Made by a program: the position numbers and the translations under genes
Shown here: positions 1-13,300 of the stretch, in pieces
How the letters are laid out: the number at the start of each line of letters is the position of its first letter
How positions within the stretch are numbered: position 1 is the first letter of the stretch
Source: Mytilus trossulus
Taxonomy: Eukaryota
NCBI RefSeq assembly: GCF_036588685.1
Contig: NC_086375.1
Location: 72,912,001-72,976,000, forward strand
Direction: 5' to 3'
Length of the DNA: 64,000 nt
Notes under the pieces: generated by a model
The model's input: the letters and a program-made list of their open reading frames with translations, nothing else
Databases searched by the model: none
Told to the model about the DNA's origin: nothing

Positions 1-2844
1 CTTTTTCTGCATCGGAGTAACCAGATTCCGAATCAAAGTCTTTTACATTTTGAAGATGTTCGCTGTTCGAAATATTATCTGTTGGCCTGATTTTATTTGT
101 TTCAGGTGATGCATCATTGTATTGTTCAGTAGTTGATGCTTTATCTGTTTCTTTTTCCATGTGTTTTTCATTCCCTTTTTCTATTTCGTGCATGTCTGTT
201 TTCAAATGCTCTGTAGTTTGGCTTGTTTTATCAGCTTGCATCTCTTGACGTATTTCTTTTTCCTGTGTAAAACCACTTAACTGGGCCTCATCCTGTAGAG
301 CATGTGTTCGAACATCTGCATTTTCACTGTTTTGTTGTGTTTGGATAGGCATAGTTTGTTCACTATTTAAGCTACCTGTGTTTGCTGCACTATCTTGTTC
401 GCTTGCATCATCTGCTTGAAAAAGATCTGCAATAATTGAGTCAATAAATTCAGATTGAAATTCATATTGCTCTATTGCCTGTGGTTGTGCTCTGTTTTGT
501 TCCATCGTATTCGATTCGTCGTTTCTCTCCGTTATCTGGGTTTTGTGATTTTGTTCCATCATTTGTGGTTGGTCTTCATCCTGTTCGGTTGTCTTTTTAT
601 GTGTTCTATTTTGATCAGTTGTTTGTGTTTGATAATCGTTTCGTTCTTTTATATTTTGTTGATCTTCCTCTTGTGGTGCTGCTTTCTGTTGTTGATCTCC
701 CCCATTTTCGGTTACGTGTAGTTGATCATCACTTTGGATTGTAGTATGTTCTACGGTTTGTTCTGTTGTCTGTTGTTGTTCTTCGCTATGATCTGTTGTC
801 TGTTGATTTTCTACGCTATGTTCTGTTGTCTGTTGTACTTTATCGTCATGTTCGCTTTGTTCCGTTGACTTATGTTGTTCTTCATTGTGTTCTTTCTGTG
901 TGTTTGTCCCGTGTTGCTCTGAAGTCTGTGGTTGTTCATCAGTTTGTTCCATTGTATGTTGATGTTCTTCGTTATGTTCTGTTGTCTGTAATTGTGGCTC
1001 TTCATATTCTTTGTTTTGTTTTGTTGTCTTTGGTTTGTCGCTGTTTTGATCTATTGTGTTTTGTTCATTTTCTTCCATAACGTGAAATTGTTCTCCGTTG
1101 CTTTCTGTTGCCATTTCCTGATTTCCGTTTTGTTCTTTTGATTCTCCCACAGTACCCATTTCTGCAGCATTTTTGGAATCTTCATCTTCGCTTGTTTCAC
1201 CATGAGAATTTGACGGGAGATGGGAACTATGTGTGACTTCATCTGGTAAACTATTTGTTTCGTCCATTACTTGATTATCTTCGTCTTTGTTATAAGTATT
1301 TTCAGTTGAAGCAGTTACATCGTGCTCTGTTTCTTCCTCAAGAATGTCGGTTTCATCAACTTCCACTTCGTTTACAGCTTCACTATTATCACCTTCGTTC
1401 CCTTTTGACTTCTTTTTTAAAATATTTTCAAACTGTTCCAATAAGATACAGTCTACTTGTCTTTGAGTCGGATCATTTCTACTTTTTAATAATATATCTT
1501 CAATTTCGTACTGCACTGATTCTTGAGACCCAGTTAATGGTCCGTCAAACAGTCCTTCTGCTGCACATTTCAAATACCACTGGCGAGCATCACATAATGA
1601 AATGTCCAAATCACCTCTGAAAATAAAGACATAAACCTTGCTTAGACCTCCGTCAGCATGGAACATTAAAAAAAAAGTCTAATCAGCTGCTCGAAAAAAG
1701 GTAAACTAGATATTTCGATTTTTTTAAAGAGTTTATCATTGAAATATTATAAATCGTAGAGCTGAAAAGATCAAAGTAAAGGGAACGCGGCTTGTATTAA
1801 ATAAGCAACACGTCGGGGCTCAGATTGGAATAGGAACTATAACCCTTCTAGAGTACCTGAGACTAGTCTGATTTTGGGTGGGTTGGTGTTGCTCAGTCTT
1901 TAGTGATCTTTGTTGTGTTTTGTGTAATGTTATTTTTTTTTTTTTTTATCGTTTTTCGTTTTTTTGCCATGGCGCTGTCAGTCTGTTTTTGACTTGTGAG
2001 TTTGAAAGTCCCTTTGGTTTATTTTGCCTTTATGAAGCTAGCCTACATATATGATTAATGCATATATTTTTTTTATTTAAAGTCCAACTCGCGTCTTGCT
2101 GATGTCCCTTTCAAAACCATTAGCCCACTCCTGGTTAATTGTACGAGTGAGGTGAGGGGGGATTTCGATATTTTAAAACTAGTATAAACCCGACACATAA
2201 TAATGTACCTGTACAATATTAGGGATTTAGTTTTAAATTGGTGAAGTATCTATTTGTCATATTATAATTAAAAGCGAAAAAAAAATACATTAAAAAAAAT
2301 AAATGCACTTGAATCCTCGTTTATCAAATTGCTCTAAACGGAACTAATACACAAAAAATAAAACATCTTGAATAATCAAATGTGTCAATAACAGTAAATA
2401 TTTTTAACAAGGCTTAAAGTTCAGTTCGTACATTTATTTCAATGTTATACAAATAAATCTGTTTTACACAGGAAGGTCAGAGCGAATATTTCAACCCCAA
2501 AATGACAACTTAAAACTATCCCACGGAGTAGTTTCAATCCAAATGACAGCATCGGAAGTCGTGAAAGATTGACGTTTTTTCAATATAAAATTAAAATCAA
2601 ATGCTATTTAAAAGGATTATCATGGTGTGGTTTGTATCCGATATTTTTATAAGGCCAAAAATATTCCAGTCAATACCTTTATCACCTAAAAGCTAGTTTA
2701 AAAGTGAAATTGAAAGTATTCAACAAAAAGAAAGATATGGGGTCAATGATAATGTAGTATCGATAAAACGTAAAAACTGTAGGATACTTACCCCTGAACA
2801 AGACTGTAAAGTGCGAATACAAGAAAAAACAAATTCTTTTCCAT
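1..2844 (-). CDS. Secreted acidic, low-complexity (E/Q/T/N/D-rich) protein, 3'-partial; exons 2844-2792 and 1616-<1
   Basis: Exon 1 encodes MEKNLFFLVFALYSLVQG, which looks like a signal peptide, and ends GG|GTAAGT (phase 2). The acceptor TTTTCAG|A at 1617/1616 restores the frame (GDLDISLCDARQWYLKCAAEGLFDG...). The frame has no stop down to base 1 (at least 556 codons) and carries degenerate ~10-aa QQTTEH/QNEE-type repeats. Confidence 0.85.
1800..2030. mobile_element. Short interspersed repeat fragment (SINE-like) in the intron of the secreted-protein gene
   Basis: Non-coding block with gttgctcagtctttagt ... ttttgccatggcgctgtcagt ... gagtttgaa motifs, recognised as a common bivalve repeat. 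Family not verified. Confidence 0.45.
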
Positions 2845-3636
2845 GTTGTTCCTAACTATACTATGAAATAAAAGTCACTGGGACAAGAAAAAGGAATTTG
2901 ATTGCAACGTGGCTTCCGCGTTTTGTATACGTTTAAATTGTCATATCATTTGTTTACTCGTGTTGAAGGTATAAATGGTGTTTCTTAAATTCCAATCAAT
3001 CAATAGAGTTGAATGCAACAGCTGGTGAAGTATCTTTGATTATTTTTATGAATCGTAGGTGCGCAGTTAATCAATATGAAACGTACGTATCTGATTATAT
3101 TTGGTATGGGACATAATAATCATGTAGACTTTAAAATCTATGACGATTTATTAGTATCTCTTCAAAAACAAAAATATGCAAGCGGGATTTTTGTTGTTGT
3201 TGCGAGATGCATCAAAAGTTTGTTTCACCGTTGTTGTTTTTTTAATTATAGATATTACACATATACACAACAGCTATGGTATCTATACAACAGAAAAAAA
3301 GGATTTGCATGATCCTTTTTATATTATATTCGTAGGATTGTATTTAGAGAAAAGGCCAAATATGATGTCCACTTTTCAATATATATCGACATTTTCCTTT
3401 TTATTTGTACTTCTATTTGCTAGCAGGATACTTAATTTGCTATATACTTTTTTCTTCTATTTTTCTCGGTATCCTGTGGATGATTTGGCATATTCTCATA
3501 AACCTTACAAAGCTCATAAAAATATGTGAGATAGGTTATGTAGATACCTAAATCCCAAACATGAAAAAGAAGGCACGCGAAATAGTTTGAAGATTATAAA
3601 CCACAAGATGACCATTTAGAATTTCATAACCGTTTA

Positions 3637-3700
3637 GCTGTTGCTGTTGTTGTTGTTGTTGATGTTGGTGGTGGTGGTGATGGTGGTGGTAGTGGTAGGC
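3637..3700. repeat. Compound (GTT)n/(GGT)n microsatellite
   Basis: gctgttgctgttgttgttgttgttgatgttggtggtggtggtgatggtggtggtagtggt is directly visible. Confidence 0.9.
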
Positions 3701-4672
3701 GGTTTACTTATGTAGTATATAACTGCGCCTTAAATTCATAAAACATAAATATTATAGACATGTGACTATCCTGAAAAAGATACTTTTCCGTCGTTGATGG
3801 TGTAGTTGACCTCGACAAAATGTGAAGATTTTGAGTCCATGCACATGGTGTTTTTTTTCTTTCTAAATTAGTATCCCTGGTATACACCAATGATATTTAA
3901 TTCATGGTTGAATATCATGCAGTATACATGAAACTCAACACATATATATCAAATATATACAGCTACGGTGATCTATTCCAAAAGACCTCACCAAAAAATG
4001 ATATTCCGTAGATTTGTTATGTATGTTTGTTTTTCTTTTTCAGTTATAAAATCCACACGTTTCAGGTTCTATTAAAATGAGTCTCCTCCGTGGTCCATTT
4101 TAAACTTATCTGTATCAAAGATTGACATTCTTTATATGTATTCTACAAAATAGGGGTAAAAGGTACAAAATGGTCATTTAAACTTGTATTATACATCGAA
4201 AATGACTAAAAAAGAAAAATACAAACAGACAAATAATATAGTACACAAGACATGGGACAACTATGTTAACAGTCCGAGTAGATTAATCATTTTATAGACG
4301 AGTCTATGAAGACACATCGGACCGTCAATATGGATCATCTATAACTAATTAAGTCAACTCTGACCGTCTGCAATGCCAACTTTGACTAAATTAAGGTGAA
4401 TTTTGATGAAACTGATTTAACTTGATGAAAGACAGTGTCTGAAAAGATGTCACCAATTTTGAGTATATAATTACATTAGATGTATGTTTCATTATAATAC
4501 TTTATTTTGATTGGCTGAATGCACATCACGTGTTATTCCGTAGGCAATTGCATCACTCAATACAACTTTTCGTTCATGATAACACGTGGTCCCACAATAA
4601 AGTGCACAGGTGAATAAAATACAAAAATTATAAAATTCGTATTTTCATGATCATAGCTAAAAAATGTAATTA

Positions 4673-4836
4673 TAAGTATTGAATGCTTCTTTTTGTAACT
4701 TTATAGGGTTGTAAAAGCGTTGACCGTGCGCACATTTTTAGACTAGTATGAAGCTCTTCCGCGCTTCATACAAAATGTACTTCGGTCAACGCTTTTACAC
4801 CCCAATAAATTTACAAAAAGAAGCATTCAATTCTTA
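4673..4836. repeat. Imperfect ~65-bp-arm inverted repeat, probably the end of a non-autonomous DNA element starting near 4465
   Basis: attgaatgcttctttttgtaa..gtaaaagcgttgaccg..acatttt pairs with aaaatgt..cggtcaacgcttttac..ttacaaaaagaagcattcaat. Confidence 0.75.
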
Positions 4837-5165
4837 AATAAATGACACTAGAGACAACTCAGACTGTAGATGAAGAGATGTATACTATAGACAATTTGAC
4901 GACTGTTGTTTAAAACTGAGACTACTATAACGTGTTATAGTAGTCTCAGTTTAAAAGTTGTATGAATAAATAAAACCGATTTGTAATGTTTTTGTTGATT
5001 TTGTTTGTTTGTTAGTTATATCCTGGATAATGTACTGTGTCCAAATCTTTCAAAATAACACTACTATGCTATATTGTGATATGTAATGTCAAAATATAGA
5101 ATCACCAGGATCAAGAAGAAATAAGATTTTTAACTGAAGGATCAACAAACGCTATGCCTATTGTA

Positions 5166-6725
5166 CGGGGCGCCGAATGGGACTCTTGTGGTTTTGTACA
5201 AAATTCTATTCTGTCAAAACAAAATCATGTTTGTCTTACAAAACTATGTGCTACAGACTTGTTTTGTGAGAACTTCAATTTTGTGATGGCAAAATTCATT
5301 TGTGTAGACGAAATTAATTTTTGTCATGACAAAAATGATTTTGTTTTCATTTTTGTAGACAAAATTCATATTTGTCATGACAAAAGTCAATTTTGTCTAA
5401 AAGGTTTGCATACAAAATTGAATTTTGTTACCTGATATGGAAATTAAATCACAAAAGTCAATTGTGTGAGGTAAGATTCAATTTTGTGAGACAAAATTGA
5501 CTTTTGTGAGACAAAATTAACTTTTGTGAGACAAAATAACCTTTTGTGAGACAAAATTGACTTTTGTGAGACAAAATTGACTTTTGTGAGACAAAATTCA
5601 ATTTTGTGAGACAAAATTCAATTTTGTCAATTTTGTTGAGACAAAAGTCAATTTTGTTAATTTTGTTGAGACAAAAGTCAATTTTGTCAATTTTGTTGAG
5701 ACATAAATCAATTTTGTCAATTTTGTTGAGACAAAAGTCTATTTTGTCAATTTTGTTGAGACAAAAGTCAATTTTGTCAATTTTGTTGAGACAAAAGTCA
5801 ATTTTGTGACGACAAAATTCAATTTTGTAACAACAAAATTGAATTTTATGAGACAAAATTGACTTTCGTGAGACAAAATTCAATTTTGTGAGACAAAAAT
5901 CAATTTTGTTAATTTTGTTGAGACAAAAGTCAATTTCGTCAATTTTGTTGAGACATAAATCAATTTTGTCAATTTTGTTGAGACAAAAGTCTATTTTGTC
6001 AATTTTGTTGAGACAAAAGTCAATTTTGTGACGACAAAATTGACTTTTGTGAGACAAAATTGACTTTTGTGAGACAAAAATCAATTTTGTTGAGACAAAA
6101 TTCAATTTTGTCAATTTTGTCCCACGTTGGTCAATTTTGTCTCATGTTGGTCAATTTTGTCTCACAAAAGTCAATTTTGTCAATTTTGTTAATCACAAAA
6201 GTCAATTTTGTTGAGACAAAAGTCAATTTTGTCAATTTTGTCTCACTAAAGTCAATTTTGTTGAGACAAAAGTCAATTTTGTCAATTTTGTTGAGACAAA
6301 AGTCAATTTTGTCAATTTTGTCTCACAAAAGTCAATTTTGTCAATTTGTCTCACAAAAGTGAATTTTGTCTCACAAAAGTCAATTTTGTCTCACAAAAGT
6401 CAATTTTGTGTAACAAAAGTCGATTTTGTATGCAAATTAGTTCACAAAAACCAAACTTAACTAATTTGAATACAAAATTGACTTTTGTCGCCCAATTTTC
6501 AAATTAGGTAACAAAAGTCAATTCTGTGTAACAAAAATGAATTTTGTCATTACAAAAGTTACTTTTGTCCGCTGATAGATAATTTTGTATGACAAAATTT
6601 TAAATTTGTAGTATGATACAAATTTTGTTATACTGAACTCATCATTTTGTTGAACAAAAGTCACTTTTGTCCGTACAAAATTGAATTTTGAGTACAAAAC
6701 CATAAGAGTCCCATTCGGCGCCCCG
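5166..6725. mobile_element. Foldback-like non-autonomous DNA transposon with ~40-bp TIRs, TA target duplication and an internal modular repeat array
   Basis: The left end cggggcgccgaatgggactctt(g)tggttttgtac is the reverse complement of the right end gtacaaaacca(t)aagagtcccattcggcgccccg. TA flanks both sides (5164-5165, 6726-6727). The interior is built from acaaaa/ttttgt modules. Confidence 0.88.
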
Positions 6726-6924
6726 TATTTTGGGGTTTAGTTTAGAGTTGGTCTGTTTTGATTTCAAAAATAAATAACGAATCAAACAAAATAAAAGAAA
6801 CAAATCCAACTTAGACTTTTTTGTTTGCTTTAATATAAGTTTTATAATGACGTGGATAGAACTTTTATCAGGACTGCGGGATCGGGTGTTTTTAAGCTCG
6901 GGCTTTCGAGGGTTAGCGCTACTG

Positions 6925-7095
6925 ATGATAAAAACAGGTTTAATCCACCATTTTCTACATTTGAAAATGCCTGTACCAAGTCAGGAATATGACAGTTCTT
7001 GTCTATTCGTTTTTGATGCGTTTTGTTATTTGATTTTGCCATGTGAATTATGGACTTTCCGAATGGATTTTCCTTTAAGTACAGTATGTTTGTGA
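6925..7095 (+). mobile_element. SINE-like fragment (tttaatccaccattttct...gcctgtaccaagtcagga core; Nin/Deu-domain-like)
   Basis: Shares the cctgt(a/c)ccaagtcagga core with the other SINE-like copies in this window. The domain name is from recall and unverified. Confidence 0.5.
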
Positions 7096-7139
7096 TTTTA
7101 CTTTTTTCGGGATTGACCCTTTCCGAGCGGGATCCGGGA

Positions 7140-9457
7140 TTTTTATGGCCCATCTACGATAGTAGAGGGGCGTTATGTTTTCTGGTCTTTGCCTCCGTCC
7201 GTGCGTCCGTTCGCCCAACTTCAGATTAAAGCTTTTGGTCAAGGTAGTTTTTGATGAAGCTGAAGTCCATTCAACTTGAAACTTAGTACACTTGTCGCTT
7301 GTGATATGATCTTTCTTATTTTCAGTAAGCCAAATTTGACTCTTGGCCCCAATTTTACGGTCCACTGAACATAGAAAATGAAAGTGGGAGTTTCAGGTTA
7401 AAGTTTTTGGTCAAGGTAGTTTTTGTTGAAGCTGAAGTCCAACGCAGGGGCGGATCCAGGATTTCAGATTAGGGGGGCCAAGATTTTTATTTGCCGAGCG
7501 AAGCGAGGCGAAATTTTTTTGAGGTAAAATTATTGAAATATTCTTCCAAAGGGCTGCAATGTAATGTAGGTATTACGAACTATTGTGAGGTAAGATTAGG
7601 GAGAAATTAAAGTTTCAAGCAGAAACCGCCTAAATCCAACCCGAAAACAATCTACACTCACTAGTGAATGACTGACGGAAGGACGGACAGAGTTGAAACA
7701 TTACGTTCCTATTCTGCGAAGAACCTTCGAGTTATGATGGCAAGGTCTCCTACAAATTAGAAAATAATCTACAACACCCCTAACTTTCGCATTAAGAGCC
7801 TTCATATTGCATACATGAGTTTATAAAGCTACAGCTATAAAGCTGCAGCCCCAAAAAACAGAAGCTGAAGATCATGTGAACATTTTATTTTTATTCTGTG
7901 ATCCTATGCAAACCAATCTACAATCAAGACACCAAAATGATCTATATAGCAATATTAGGTAATAAATATCCCAACTCTGAAAGACATGGTGCTGGTAGTT
8001 GTGACAAAAAGAAATAGAGAAACATCACAAAAATAAATAACCCTTTGCGTATCGTCAATGTGTCTAAGCCAATTGAATACGGTTTAAATAATGTGAAATG
8101 AAACCGGTTCACCAAAGTAGTACTTTAACGATCTTTAACAATCCATAACACCAGCCCTGACAAACTTGGTTAAGATGATGTTTATGTGAAGTGTTGACAG
8201 ATAGACGGGCGGACCGACAGAAGCAAAGTGAGACGAGACAGATCACAACAGTTTAACTGACCAATACTTGTATTAGATTTTGCAAACGAAAATTTCTACT
8301 TTTCGCCGTGAAATTTAATTGTCCTTTCATAATATCGGTTTTTACATTTTCTGAGGTAGTGTCAAACTTTATGTATACTGGGTTCGCCACAAACCACTAA
8401 AATCAGACTATGATGAGATGCATTTACGAAGTTATATTTATTTTCTGGTGATCCCATGCATGTTATACGGTACATAATTCGGCAAAATTTTCAGGTTGCA
8501 GGTAAGAATATAAAGACACAGAGATACAAGTTATAAACTAGCCTTTCGCTTGCAACAGTATTTCTATCTTTCATTAAGGCTCTCACCTGGACTGTTTTTT
8601 GACCGTGCCATGATGAAATTGTGAAAGTGAGTATAAGGGTTAGGGATGTTTTTGGAACTTCGATCACCAAAGAAATTGGTTATAAATAAAACGCAAATAC
8701 AATGTAATGTTCAGTACTTTATAAACTGCTAAAAACTGTTTTATTTTTCATCAAACGCAGTTCTGCGTTTGCCACCTTCCTTTGAAATATATAACATTCT
8801 ATAGAACTTAAATAAATCTTAAATCAATTGATAAGTTATCATGCTGATTCTGTTAATCTGACTGTTTTATATACTTTGAATGTTAAATGAGATGGAATGG
8901 TCTCTTCTGATACTCAGATTAGTTGTGAAGACAACCCATGCTTTTCAAATTTTAGGGGGGCGCACGCCCGCCACGCCCCCACCCAAATCCGCTCCTGCAA
9001 TCAACTTGAAACTTAACTACACCTGTTACTTATGATTTTTAATTTCAAAGCCAAATTACAACATAGATAATGAAAGTGGGATTTTCAGGTTAAAGTTTTT
9101 GGTCAAGGTAGTTTTTGATGAAGCTGAAGTCCAATCAACTTGAAACTTAGTACACTTGTTGCTTATGATAAGATCTTTCTAATTTCAAAGCCAAATTAGA
9201 GTTTTGACCTCAATTTCACGGTCCACTAAACATAGAAAATAAAAGTAGGAGTTTCAGGTTAAAGTTTTTGGTCAAGGTAGTTTTTGATGAAGTTGAAGAC
9301 CAAACAACTTGAAACCTAGTACACATGTTCCCTTTATGGTACGATCTTTCTGATTTTAGTGCCAAATTATATTTTTTACCCAATTTCACGGTCCATTGAA
9401 CATGGGAAATGATAGTGCGGGTGGGGGATCCGTGTTCTTAGGACACATTCTTGTTTT
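7140..9457 (+). mobile_element. Helentron/HINE-like element with ~170-bp internal tandem units, interrupted by a TIR element
   Basis: Starts in a T-run and carries a gtccgtcc-type microsatellite near its 5' end. The unit aggttaaagtttttggtcaaggtagtttttgatgaagctgaagtcc recurs at ~7225, 7396, 9087 and 9256. It ends with ggacacattcttg followed by a T-run. Confidence 0.7.
7445..8997. mobile_element. Non-autonomous TIR element (CAGGGGCGGAT...ATCCGCTCCTG) nested in the HINE-like element
   Basis: Terminal inverted match. It splits the host unit gaagtc-caatc-aacttg, leaving a degenerate 5-bp duplication (caacg/caatc). Confidence 0.75.
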
Positions 9458-10336
9458 TATCGAATTTAGGGATGTCGGGGTTTTAATTTATTTAAATTGG
9501 AGACCTCGGTATTTCGTGTTTTAAGCCCGGGATTTCGGGATCAGGATCCCTCCTAACCCCCATGTAATAAATTGGATGATATAATATGGTGGTTTTTTTT
9601 CAAATTTAGCAACACCATGTTAAACATGGCCAGAACATATATAATTGTATTATATGTATGATATAACACAGTCTGATTAAAACCAGAATGATTTTGAATA
9701 TAAAATCTAAAACTTTATAATCGTATATATATTAAGTTCAAATTATCTTAAATACATTGTCTCAGTGAGTTGATTATGAATTATAAGACTAAGAATATTT
9801 TATTTCCAATGAAGGGGCCCTATAAAGAGCTTTCATGACATTACAAGCAAGTACGTACGATTAGACATAAATTAGAGACATATATATATATATAATATAA
9901 GAAAACAACATTGTTTAATACTATTAAAAATGTATAGAGGTTTTTATTGGATCGGAACTAGTATTGACGGTCCGAGTTGTCTCGCATCGCCTATAGCAGC
10001 TTCAAAAATTTAAAACGCCTGTATTTTTTTGTGCATCCTGTTAACACTGCAACAGTCGGTAATAAAAAAATGACTGGATGCTAAGCACAGTGATGCTAAG
10101 CGAGCAGCAAGCAATGCGAAACATGAAGAGGTTGGTGCGTCACTGCTTTTGATTTTGTATTTAGGCGCGTTATGAACTTGTATGGTTAAAACCAAAGAAC
10201 ATCCGAAAGTAGGTATTTTCCAAAACGCATGCGTAATTGAAATGTTTTCTCTTGAAAATACAACTTCCGTTTACCGCATTTTACATTATTTTAAAGTAAA
10301 GAATCTCTTATTCTGTTATATCTCATATTTAAAAGA

Positions 10337-13300
10337 ATGCCGACAATTGAAAGTGAGAAAAATGAAACAGAAGAAGAGGAGATGGACCACGAACCAGCTG
10401 AAAGCGATAAAAGCTCAGACGAAGAATCAGAATCTGGCTCTGTTGACGACGACGAAATATCTGGTAAATAATTTCAAATTTCGAGAGAAAAGTGTGGTAG
10501 TCTTTCTTTAACTTTGAATGCTACTCATTATCAATATTCCTTATTTATCAGTATATGATCATTTGCTGGATTGTCACGTCCCCTTTCTTTCACAAAAAAA
10601 TGTCTAGAAATCGACTATTTTCTTTCATTTAGACATTTGACAATGTTTGACATTTATAAATTATGGCTTATATACCATATTGTCACTGAAGTTATGTAGA
10701 GTTATAGTCATGTCTTATCACACCTATTTTGTACCTAAGTCTTTGACGATATGAACGACTTAATGTGTATGCCAATACTTTCTATATGCGCCACCTTGAA
10801 GATAGTGGTTATTTTCATTTCATGCCATGTGTACATGTAGAAAACTTTTAGACATGACACTTCACCCAGTCAATACATCTACATTGTTGAAATGCAAAGA
10901 GTCTAAGACCCATCAAGCAAGTACAGATTAATACATCATACACATGTTACTGTATGCAATGCCGTATCACTTATATACAAGTACTTCCAACATGTCCAAC
11001 TTGTATAATGGAGAGAGGACTCAAGTAAAGGTAACTACATGTACACACAGAAAAAAATGGTAGCGAATTAGTGTCAGGGATGTCAATAAATCAATATTGA
11101 TCAGTACATTTATGAACATTTTGATAATATAAAAATGTTTCTTTGAAAATGTTTACTTTGACAACTTTTATTTAAAAAAGAGTAAAACTTAGCTATTCAC
11201 GTGTGATATTTATAGATAATAGACTAGACAAAGGAGCAAACTCATGTGAACTTCTAAATATCTGTTTATCAGAACAGCATCCATTCTATATGAAAACAAT
11301 TGAGTGCCACTTTTGGCAAAGTTTTTTTGTTTGTTTTTAAAGTAGAGGAATGTCGATTGTTAATATTTAAGACACCCCCCCTAATTTAAGTAGGGAAGAT
11401 TGTGTTTATGACGAGGCCTGATGAAAGCATTAAGTTGCAAAAATAAATAAATTTGGATATTATGTACAAATGTATTTTCTTTATTTGTTTTGCAGACCTA
11501 GATGAAGAAGAATATGACCACAGAAGAACTCATTGTTTAGATGAAATGGCAGATCTGGAAAGGCAGTTTTCTGATATAAAAGAGCAGTATGTTAGAACTT
11601 GTTACTATAAAAATAAATAAATGGGGACACTACTTTTAGCATGGTTGCTATGTCGAGGCCATCTGTATGTACAGGTAGAGGAAGTCAGAGAAAACCACTG
11701 ACCTTCTTTAGGAAAACTATCTTAATGCACTTGCTACATGCAGTTCCTACTCATAGCCTCAGACTCAGTGTTGACAGGCTAGTGATACAGTAGTTGAACT
11801 ACTTACACTCTACGTGACTCTAGTAGCTCAGTGACAGTAGAACTTGTATGTGTGTGCTTAATTGCAATCCTTTTTGAAATGACGAACTTTGTTAAATTAA
11901 TATTTACATTAAATTCAGTAAGAATTTTTGGCGGGTATTATTGCTAACTCTTGTATGTCATACATTTAAAATTCATAAAAGACTTAGTGGGGTTTGCACT
12001 GAAATATAGTGTAGTACTTTTATACGACTGCAAACATTTTTTGGAAAAAAGAGGGTGGAGGGGCGAAAGCAATAAAAAATTATATATAAATTGTAATCCT
12101 ATAACCAATAACTGTTCAGAGTTGGACCTCTGTGGTCGTATCCAGCTGCCCTCAGCGAAGCAACTTATTATATATTTACTATTAAATTATCTATGATCCT
12201 TATGTCCAAATGTATGCATCCAGTCAAAGGTGTTAAATAAACAACTGATTCCTTCATGACAGTAAAGAAAGTTCCATCAGAATTATTTTTAAATCATAGA
12301 AATCAAATTCTGATTGAATGTAGTATTAAACAATACTAGATTTGTAGTAGCAAAACATTATTTTTTGGACAAATTGAAGTTTTAAATATAAGTCTTCTGC
12401 TAATTAGAAATATAACATTAAAATAATAGACAATGTATTTTTGTACCATTAGACTATACAAGGAAAGAATGAGTCAGATAGAACAGAAACTGATTGAGAT
12501 GAAGGCAGGAAAAGCAGTAGAGTATTTAAATCCTTTGGCAGAATTACAAGAAAACATGAGGATAAACATAGAAGTAGCAGGTTAGTCTTGTCTGTTGTCT
12601 CCCCTTGTTTATGATGTTACAAATTATACATATATTAGTACATGTACTAAAAAAATAACACTTTAAAAAAATCAATCCAATCGGATCGATATAATTTTAT
12701 TGTAGTACAATAAGAAAATTTCTTTTCTTGCATGTACAGTGAAACTTGCTGTTTTTAGTTTAAAACTATCAATGGAGAATTTGAATAATCAGCCATACAA
12801 TATTTGCAGGTATTTTCTGACTAGATACACAACTTCTGAGTTTGATTTTTGTTGTCAGTTTTGTATTCCATTTGACAATGAAAAACAAATGTTTGATGGT
12901 GGTTCCTATGGCTAAAATAGAAATAATTAAATCTGTCCTCCCTTTTCTTTTCTATGTATATATTTAAAGTACTCTGAAGTTGTTGAAGACACTGAATTCA
13001 GTGATCAGGAAATTTTATTGACTATGTAATAACAATACTGTACATACAAGCAAGCAAACATATTTATTCAGCCATCACTCACTTCAAAAATAAAAAAATA
13101 AAATTATTAATTAAATAGTACTTTATCAAAATTGAAGAGAATCTATTAATGATCATATGATTTTGTTCAATGTAAAATTTAGCAAAAGAAGTTTCCAATG
13201 TTTCCAAACTTTATGCAGCATAATCTCAATATTATTTTCAGTCCAATACAGGTTGAGAATATCATATTAAATGATTGTAACAATAATTTCTCTCTTAGAT

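Noticed and set aside
455-1620. Hydrophobic plus-strand ORFs and short minus-strand ORFs in the track
   Set aside because: They are antisense or off-frame shadows of the long minus-strand exon 1616-1.
5480-6420. CRISPR-like appearance of regularly spaced palindromic repeats
   Set aside because: There are no unique spacers and no cas genes, and the context is eukaryotic.
5154-6703. ORFs up to 218 aa with KIDFCLNKID or QKSILSILLR repeats
   Set aside because: They are translations of the non-coding repeat array inside the TIR element. There is no transposase signature or splice context.
10182-10511. 109-aa ORF over the BRMS1L start
   Set aside because: Wrong frame. The conserved frame starts at ATG 10337 and splices at 10463.
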